Below the pieces are notes generated by a model, which was not told the origin of the DNA, did not search any database, and saw nothing but the letters and a program-made list of their open reading frames with translations. From an uncultured Candidatus Saccharibacteria bacterium (GTDB taxonomy: Bacteria; Patescibacteriota; JAQUNI01), in contig CAZKRD010000004.1 of the NCBI GenBank assembly GCA_964555185.1, forward strand, positions 755 through 64,754: DNA of 64,000 bases. Direction: 5' to 3'. The position numbers and the translations under genes were made by a program. The first letter of the stretch is position 1. Each line of letters opens with the position of its first letter. Positions 58,207 to 64,000 of the stretch are shown piece by piece.

Positions 58207-59556
58207 ATGCCTCGCAAAAAACAAACAAAAGCAAAAATTCAAGAGCCTGTCCGCAGAAGACGGTCATCATTTAAGACGGTTAAAGGGACCAAGGATATTT
58301 TGCCTGATGAGCAGCCTTGCTGGGATCTGGTCCGGGGCGCGGTTCGCGATTTAGCCCGAAGCTACAATTTCAGCCGGATCGATACTCCGATTATTGAAGA
58401 CGCCAATCTTTTTGTGCGGGGAGTGGGTTTGGGAACGGATATTGTTGATAAAGAGATGTTCAGTTTGAGAGGCAGAGGCGGAGGAGCGATTGCGCTCCGG
58501 CCAGAAAACACAGCCGGAGTGGCAAGGGCCTACGTTGAACACGGCCTTGCCAGGAATCCGCAGCCTGTGAAGCTGTATTATTTCGGTCCGATGTTCCGAT
58601 ATGATCAGCCGCAAGCCGGCCGGCAGAGGCAGTTTTATCAATTCGGTTTTGAGGTTTTAGGATCTGCCTCTCCTGCCTCTGACGCGCAGATGGTTTTGAT
58701 CACTATTGTTCTTTTGAAGGACTTGGGGCTTTCGGATGTGACCGTGCAGATTAATAGCGTAGGGTGCGCTAATTGCTGTGCGGATTACAAACAGAATCTA
58801 GTGAGCTATTATCAGGGTCAGACTAGTAAACTTTGTGCTGACTGTAAGCGGCGTTTGAGGGCAAATCCGCTGCGCCTTTTGGATTGCAAGGAAGAGAAAT
58901 GTCAGCGCCTTTCTAATCAGGCGCCGGTTTTGATTGATTCTCTGTGCAAAGAATGCCATAACCACTTCAAGGAAGTGCTGGAGCACCTTGATCAGTTGGA
59001 AATCCCCTATAATTTTAATCCCAAGTTAGTGAGGGGTTTGGATTATTATACTAAAACCGTTTTTGAAATTTGGCCTTCCAATATTAAAAAGGGCGCGGGT
59101 TCGCGGCAGGCTGCTTTGGCTGGCGGGGGGAGGTATGATGATTTAATTGAAGAATTAGGAGGAGAGCCAACGCCGGCAGTAGGGGTTTCCTGCGGCGTGG
59201 AAAGAATCATTTCAAAATTATTGGAAGAGGGGATAAGCATTCCCTCTTCACCTGGGCCGCAGATTTTTTTGGCTCAACTGGGAGAGCTAGCCAAAAGGAA
59301 AGCATTGGGCCTTTTTGAGGAGCTGCGCCGAAAAGGGATTCCAATCGCCGCCTCTTTCTCGCGAGATAGTCTTGGGTCTCAATTAAGAGTAGCCAATCGT
59401 CTTAAAGTCAAACTGGCTTTGATTTTGGGACAGAAAGAGGCTTTAGAGGGGGCGATTTTGGTGCGGGATATGGAGACGGGTGTCCAGGAGCTTGTTGATA
59501 TTAAGAAGGTGGCAGGAGAGATTAAAAGAAGATTGAAGAGAGCCAGAAAGAAATAA
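58207..59556 (+). CDS. hisS: Histidine--tRNA ligase
   Basis: KGTKD, LRPE.TA, FRY..PQ.GR.RQF.Q, VRGLDYY, GGRYD. Confidence 0.97.
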   Translation: MPRKKQTKAKIQEPVRRRRSSFKTVKGTKDILPDEQPCWDLVRGAVRDLARSYNFSRIDTPIIEDANLFVRGVGLGTDIVDKEMFSLRGRGGGAIALRPENTAGVARAYVEHGLARNPQPVKLYYFGPMFRYDQPQAGRQRQFYQFGFEVLGSASPASDAQMVLITIVLLKDLGLSDVTVQINSVGCANCCADYKQNLVSYYQGQTSKLCADCKRRLRANPLRLLDCKEEKCQRLSNQAPVLIDSLCKECHNHFKEVLEHLDQLEIPYNFNPKLVRGLDYYTKTVFEIWPSNIKKGAGSRQAALAGGGRYDDLIEELGGEPTPAVGVSCGVERIISKLLEEGISIPSSPGPQIFLAQLGELAKRKALGLFEELRRKGIPIAASFSRDSLGSQLRVANRLKVKLALILGQKEALEGAILVRDMETGVQELVDIKKVAGEIKRRLKRARKK

Positions 59557-59670
59557 ATTCTACGCTGGCTTGCCAGCGGTTAACCCCTGCCAAGAGCAGG
59601 GTAGAAGGCGGTGTTAGAGGCAGTTTTTGACCAAAAACAAAACAAGAGATTAATTAGCACAATTCGTAAG

Positions 59671-59988
59671 ATGTGTATTTTTTGTGACATTGTGCAGGAA
59701 AAACACAAGGCCGACCTAGTGCATCGCGGTAAAAATTTGATCGCTTTTTCTGATATTAATCCCAAGGCGCCGGTCCATATTTTAATTGTGCCCAAAAAAC
59801 ACATTGAGTCAATCCAGAAATTAAAGGCAGAAGATGCTCCTTTGGTTTCAGAACTTATTTTCACGGCCCAGAAGATTGCAAAGGAAAAGGGCATTAGTGC
59901 TGGTTATAAATTAATCTTTAACTGCGGTCCGGGCGGCGGCCAGGTGGTTTCACACCTCCATTTGCATTTGCTGGGAGGATGGAAATAG
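59671..59988 (+). CDS. HIT-family (histidine triad) protein
   Basis: CIFC.I, DI.P.AP.H, Q.V.HLHLH; ATG at 59671. Confidence 0.93.
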   Translation: MCIFCDIVQEKHKADLVHRGKNLIAFSDINPKAPVHILIVPKKHIESIQKLKAEDAPLVSELIFTAQKIAKEKGISAGYKLIFNCGPGGGQVVSHLHLHLLGGWK

Positions 59989-60170
59989 TTTGACCAAAGC
60001 AGCTAATCAGTGTTATTATGATTTATACTAACCAGCTTCTTCCTTCTTCCAAATTCCACCCTATATAACCAGGGTGACCATTCAAAGCTCCTAAATTATT
60101 CAGTTCAGGAGCGAAGGGTGGCATCATTCATCATACATAATTCATAATTTCAAAAGGGAGGTGAATACAC

Positions 60171-60413
60171 TTGATCGAAGTTAAAAAGAAAGGATCTGAA
60201 TCTCTGTCCAGCCTTCTTCGTAGATTTAACCGCAAGGTGCAGCAGAGCGGTATTTTAGTTCAAGCGCGAAAAATCAGATTTTACGCGCGGCCCAAAAGCA
60301 AAAAGAAGGTCAAAGAAAGCGCGATTCGGTGCGCCAAGATTGCCAAAGAGAAAGAATATTTGAGAAAGATAGGCAAAGAGATGGAGTTTGTTCACAAAAG
60401 AAGGCGACGTTAA
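60171..60413 (+). CDS. rpsU: 30S ribosomal protein S21
   Basis: ES..SLLRRF.RKVQQSG; strong SD GGGAGGTGA before the TTG; upstream of yqeY. Confidence 0.8.
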   Translation: MIEVKKKGSESLSSLLRRFNRKVQQSGILVQARKIRFYARPKSKKKVKESAIRCAKIAKEKEYLRKIGKEMEFVHKRRRR

Positions 60414-60862
60414 TGAATATTAAAGAACAAATCGAGGAGGATTTTAAGCAGGCCTACCTTAAAAAAGATAAGGAGAAGGCGGCTGTTTTGGCTATGCTGA
60501 AGAGCACTCTCCAGAACGAGGAGATCGCTCGCAAGCGAGAAGGTTTGTCGGAAGAAGACGTGATTGGTATTATTAAAAGAGAGGTAAAGATGCGAAAGGA
60601 GGCTCTTTCAGAGTGGGAAAAAGCGGGGCGCAAAGAGGAGGCTGCAACTGAGAAGGAGGCAATTAAGATTTTAGAGCATTATTTGCCCGCAATGCTTTCT
60701 CGGGCAGAGATAGAGAAGATGGTAAAAGAGACGATTAGTGAAGTAAAGGCGGCATCTCCCCAAGATTTAGGCAAGGTGATGGGAGGTTTGATGCCCAAAT
60801 TGAAGGGGAAAGCAGACGGCGGAATGGTGAGCAAGATCGTGCAGGAACTATTATCAGATTAG
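60413..60862 (+). CDS. GatB/YqeY domain protein
   Basis: K.R.E....W...GR......E..E...L..YLP..LS, GKVMG.LM..LKGKADG; ATG overlaps the rpsU stop. Confidence 0.9.
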   Translation: MNIKEQIEEDFKQAYLKKDKEKAAVLAMLKSTLQNEEIARKREGLSEEDVIGIIKREVKMRKEALSEWEKAGRKEEAATEKEAIKILEHYLPAMLSRAEIEKMVKETISEVKAASPQDLGKVMGGLMPKLKGKADGGMVSKIVQELLSD

Positions 60863-60913
60863 ATTCTTGAATATAATACAATAAAATAATTTACAAAATA
60901 AAAATATAAATTT

Positions 60914-62230
60914 ATGCCGGCGCCACCTCCAAACAATTTACCCATTAATAACCCTAACCTTCGTAATAACCCTGATTCCTCTCCTTCTTCTGGAGACCTG
61001 CGGGCGAAGGGTCCATCTCCTACTCTGCCGGGACAAAATGCCCTGGCAGGGGGCTTGGAGCGGAAACTTTCGGTTAAGGATGTTAGAGGGGCAGAAGCTC
61101 CAAACCAAAATTTTCAAAGCTCTCTTCGGGAAGAGAGAGGGGGCATGGCGTCTGTTCCTCCGTCCCAGGGAGCAGACAGGCCTTTTTTAGAAAGACCCGC
61201 TGGCGAGACAGTAGAAAGTAACAGTTTGCGAGAACAATCCCAGCGAGTAATGCCCGAGCAGTATCGAGGAACGAAGGGAGCAAGGGACTGGAAGGCAGAT
61301 TCTTCGCTTCCGCCTCTGCCGGAACCGCCGTCAAAGGCAGGCGGCCGGGCAAACCCGTCTTTAGAACAACAACCCAAGAAAAAAATTATATCCGGCAAAA
61401 TGGTTGTCGTTCTCATTATTTTGATTATTATTGGAGGCGGCGTCTTTGCTTACTTTAATTGGTTCGCGGGTCTTGAAACATTGCCTTGGGAAAAATCTAC
61501 TGAACTGCCGGAAGAGCTCCCGGAAGCACCCCCCGCTCTGCCCGAAGAGCCAGGGGAAATTCCATCAGAGCCCGAGCCTACGACCAAGGAAGGAATTCCT
61601 CCTTCTGATTTAGATACTGATGGCGACGGTTTGAGCGATCAAGAAGAAGAGGAGTTGGGGACTAATTTAGAGGACGCGGATTCTGATCGAGACGGGATCC
61701 CAGATGGCTGGGAAGTGGAAGCTGGGCTTGATCCCCTAGATCCTTCTGACAATACCCAGGATCCGGATGCGGACGGCTTGGATAATTCCAATGAATATTA
61801 TTACAACAGCGATCCTAAAAACAGCGATACAGACGGAGATTCTTACCCTGACGGGATGGAGGTAGATAACGGGTATGACCCAACCAAGGCTGACGCGAAG
61901 TTAGGAGCAAAATCACAAGAGCAGCTGGGTGTTGTTACGGACGCCCAAAACAGAGACAGGACGCGCAAGAACGACCTCAAGGCACTAGAGCTTGCTTTGG
62001 AATTATATTACGATGACAACGGCTTTTTCCCAGAATCCTTAGCAAGTCTAACCCCTGATTATGTGATCAGGATACCTAATGATCCTTTAAACCCCCAGTA
62101 TTCTTATCAATACGAAATGATTTCTCCGGTCAGTTACGCTTTAGAAGCGGTTATTGAATCAGAGGGCGATCCTGATGATCTAAAAGACGGGTCAGAGGAT
62201 CATTTATATCAAGTGAGAGTGAGGGAGTAA
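60914..62230 (+). CDS. Membrane protein with Pro-rich N-terminus, DxDxDG calcium-binding repeats and a pilin/GspG-like C-terminal domain
   Basis: TM helix; DTDGDGLSD.EE-type repeats; RD..R..DL..L..ALELYY.DNG.FP...IP.DP. Confidence 0.7.
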   Translation: MPAPPPNNLPINNPNLRNNPDSSPSSGDLRAKGPSPTLPGQNALAGGLERKLSVKDVRGAEAPNQNFQSSLREERGGMASVPPSQGADRPFLERPAGETVESNSLREQSQRVMPEQYRGTKGARDWKADSSLPPLPEPPSKAGGRANPSLEQQPKKKIISGKMVVVLIILIIIGGGVFAYFNWFAGLETLPWEKSTELPEELPEAPPALPEEPGEIPSEPEPTTKEGIPPSDLDTDGDGLSDQEEEELGTNLEDADSDRDGIPDGWEVEAGLDPLDPSDNTQDPDADGLDNSNEYYYNSDPKNSDTDGDSYPDGMEVDNGYDPTKADAKLGAKSQEQLGVVTDAQNRDRTRKNDLKALELALELYYDDNGFFPESLASLTPDYVIRIPNDPLNPQYSYQYEMISPVSYALEAVIESEGDPDDLKDGSEDHLYQVRVRE

Positions 62231-62665
62231 AACTTGTAACCTGTAGCTTGTAACCTGTAACCCAAGAGAAAGAATATGGAGAGAAAAAACAGGTTTCATC
62301 GCGATTTAAAGTTGTTAATGGACGGGTTTGTTAATAAGGTTTACGATTATACTCAAAATTTTCCTAAAGAAGAACGGTTTGGTGTTACTTCTCAATTACG
62401 CAGAGCAGCCTTGTCAGTAATTTTGAATTATATTGAGGGTTACGCTAGGCAAAGGAAAGCTGTTTTAAGAAACTTTCTAGAGATTTCTTACGGTTCCTTA
62501 AAAGAAGCAAAGTACCTTATTTATTTTTCATATAAAAGAAGATATCTTAAATTGAAAGAATCTAAAGAACTGTTAGAGCTTACGGAGAAGATTGGGGCAA
62601 TGCTCTGGGGGATTATTTCAAAACTCGTAACTTGAGTTACAAGTTACAGGTTACAAATTACAAGT
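62231..62665 (+). mobile_element. Heptamer inverted-arm element (TGTAACY family) carrying a four-helix-bundle gene
   Basis: Left arm 62231-62262 (TGTAACC/TGTAGCT units); right arm 62635-62665 (GTTACAA GTTACAG GTTACAA ATTACAA). Confidence 0.75.
62276..62635 (+). CDS. Four helix bundle protein (23S rRNA IVP/Avd-like family)
   Basis: Y..T..FPKEE.FG.TSQLRRAA.SV..N..EG..R......FL.IS.GSL.E. Confidence 0.93.
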   Translation: MERKNRFHRDLKLLMDGFVNKVYDYTQNFPKEERFGVTSQLRRAALSVILNYIEGYARQRKAVLRNFLEISYGSLKEAKYLIYFSYKRRYLKLKESKELLELTEKIGAMLWGIISKLVT

Positions 62666-62668
62666 ATA

Positions 62669-63082
62669 ATGGTTTTCTACTTCCGAAATTTAACCTCTGA
62701 AAAATTGGATCAGATTTTTTTTCAAAGAGTTTTAAAGAAGACAGCGGAGTTTGAGTCGGAATTGAATCATTTTGAGATCAGTCTGGTTTTGGTGGATGAT
62801 CAGAAAATGCGCGGCTTGAATAAAAAACATCGCGGGAGCGATGCGATCACCGATGTTTTATCTTTTAATCTGGGCAGTGGGATTGGTGAGATTTTTATTT
62901 CGGGAGAGAGAGCCAAGTCCCAGGCGCGGGCCTGCGGCTGGAGTTTCAAGAGAGAATTAGCTACCCTGTTTGTTCACGGACTGCTTCACCTGTTAGACTA
63001 TAATGATCAAGGTCTCAAAGAGCGCCAGGAGATGTTTAAACTTCAAGACGAAGTCGTAGATAGTTTAAGAATTAAGGATTGA
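62669..63082 (+). CDS. ybeY: rRNA maturation RNase YbeY
   Basis: LN...R......TDVLSF, GEIFI, HGLLHLLDY. Confidence 0.92.
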   Translation: MVFYFRNLTSEKLDQIFFQRVLKKTAEFESELNHFEISLVLVDDQKMRGLNKKHRGSDAITDVLSFNLGSGIGEIFISGERAKSQARACGWSFKRELATLFVHGLLHLLDYNDQGLKERQEMFKLQDEVVDSLRIKD

Positions 63083-63089
63083 AATTCCA

Positions 63090-63458
63090 TTGATGTCTTT
63101 TTTGAGCGTAGGAAAATTATTCCGCAGCTTTCATTATGCCTCTCGCGGCATTTACCGGGCTTTTCTTCGTGAACAGAATTTCAGGATTGGTATTTTTTTC
63201 AGTTTGATCGTCATTTTCCTTATGGTATACTATGAGGTAGTGGTTTGGGAGAAGGTGCTTTTGATTTTAGCGATTGTTGTCGGTTTGATTTTGGAGCTAT
63301 TTAACACGGTCTTGGAGAAAGTAGTCAACGTTTTGAAACCGCGCAGCCACCCTTATGCAGAGGTGATTAAAGATATGATGGCGGGATCAGTGCTTCTTGT
63401 TTTCACTGGCGGGGTGGTGATCGCGATATTAATTTTTTGGTCTTATGTTTTTAAATAA
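63090..63458 (+). CDS. dgkA: Diacylglycerol/undecaprenol kinase
   Basis: SF.YA..G......E.NF, E..NT..E, KD..AG.VL. Confidence 0.88.
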   Translation: MMSFLSVGKLFRSFHYASRGIYRAFLREQNFRIGIFFSLIVIFLMVYYEVVVWEKVLLILAIVVGLILELFNTVLEKVVNVLKPRSHPYAEVIKDMMAGSVLLVFTGGVVIAILIFWSYVFK

Positions 63459-63523
63459 AGTCAAAAGAGAATTTTTTGGCTCTTTATTCTTTATTATTGT
63501 ATTTTCATTTTGATTTAATCTTT

Positions 63524-64000
63524 ATGTCAAAACAAGAAATAATTTGCGGGATTGATATTGGTTGTTCTAAGGTTAGAGTAGTAGTGGTAGAGAAATGGGG
63601 CGCGGAAGAAAAGCTTCAGATTTTAGGCTTGGGCGAGGTTTCCGCTGCCGGGATCAGGAAGGGAGCGGTGGTTGATTCAGAGGAGGTGATTAGCAGCATC
63701 TCGGAGGCCCTAGAGAAAGCAGAGCGAGTGGCCGGCCTGCCGATTGAACGAGCCTTTATTTCCGTGGGCGGTCCCCATATTTCCTATTTAGAATCAAGAG
63801 GAGTGATCGCTATTTCAAGAGCAGACGGCGAGATCTCGCGAGCAGACGTCAATCGGGCAATGGAAGCCGCTTCCGCGATCACGGTCCCCTCTAATCATGA
63901 AATTATGCATATCCTGCCGCGCGATTTCACGGTTGATGACGAGAGCGGCGTTAAAGATCCGACCGGGATGAGCGGGGTTCGTTTGGAAGTGGTTACCACT
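63524..64000 (+). CDS. ftsA: Cell division protein FtsA (runs off the window end)
   Basis: ATG at 63524: MSKQEIICGIDIGCSKV...G.RKG.VVD...A.EKAE..AG...F.VD...VKDP.GM.G.RLEV. Confidence 0.92.
   Translation, partial: MSKQEIICGIDIGCSKVRVVVVEKWGAEEKLQILGLGEVSAAGIRKGAVVDSEEVISSISEALEKAERVAGLPIERAFISVGGPHISYLESRGVIAISRADGEISRADVNRAMEAASAITVPSNHEIMHILPRDFTVDDESGVKDPTGMSGVRLEVVTT

Overview
This is a 64-kb chromosomal segment that most resembles a Patescibacteria/CPR (Parcubacteria-like) genome, inferred from gene content and order; it uses standard code 11. It opens with two giant mosaic surface proteins: a 5'-truncated tail-fibre-like protein with a peptidase-S74-type chaperone domain, and a 2518-aa multi-LamG protein. 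Housekeeping genes follow (ileS, recO, tgt, glyQS, rsmI, metG, tatD, leuS, glmS cluster, tsaC, glyA, tRNA-Leu, parAB, topA, dprA, mfd, pth, LCP, lepB, hisS, HIT, rpsU, yqeY, ybeY, dgkA, partial ftsA). The strongest unexplained signal is a dense population of small repeat elements, in three groups. (1) Elements built from two inverted arms of degenerate 7-nt (sometimes 8/9-nt) tandem repeats. Two copies enclose a four-helix-bundle gene, about ten are empty intergenic copies (four are close sequence relatives), and single arms are inserted in frame in ileS, metG, leuS and tgt or supply the C-termini of TsaC and Pth. (2) GTAG-type REPs with a RAYT transposase that carries REPs inside its own ORF. 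(3) Other short palindrome families, often nested inside the heptamer arms. Also notable: an IR/TSD-bounded mini-element that replaces the C-terminus of the LamG gene, a foreign partial copy of the AI-2E-rsmI-metG block beside a tRNA-Leu 3' half, and a promoter-driven rod-like ncRNA candidate between pth and mfd. All homology calls come from motif recognition, not database searches.
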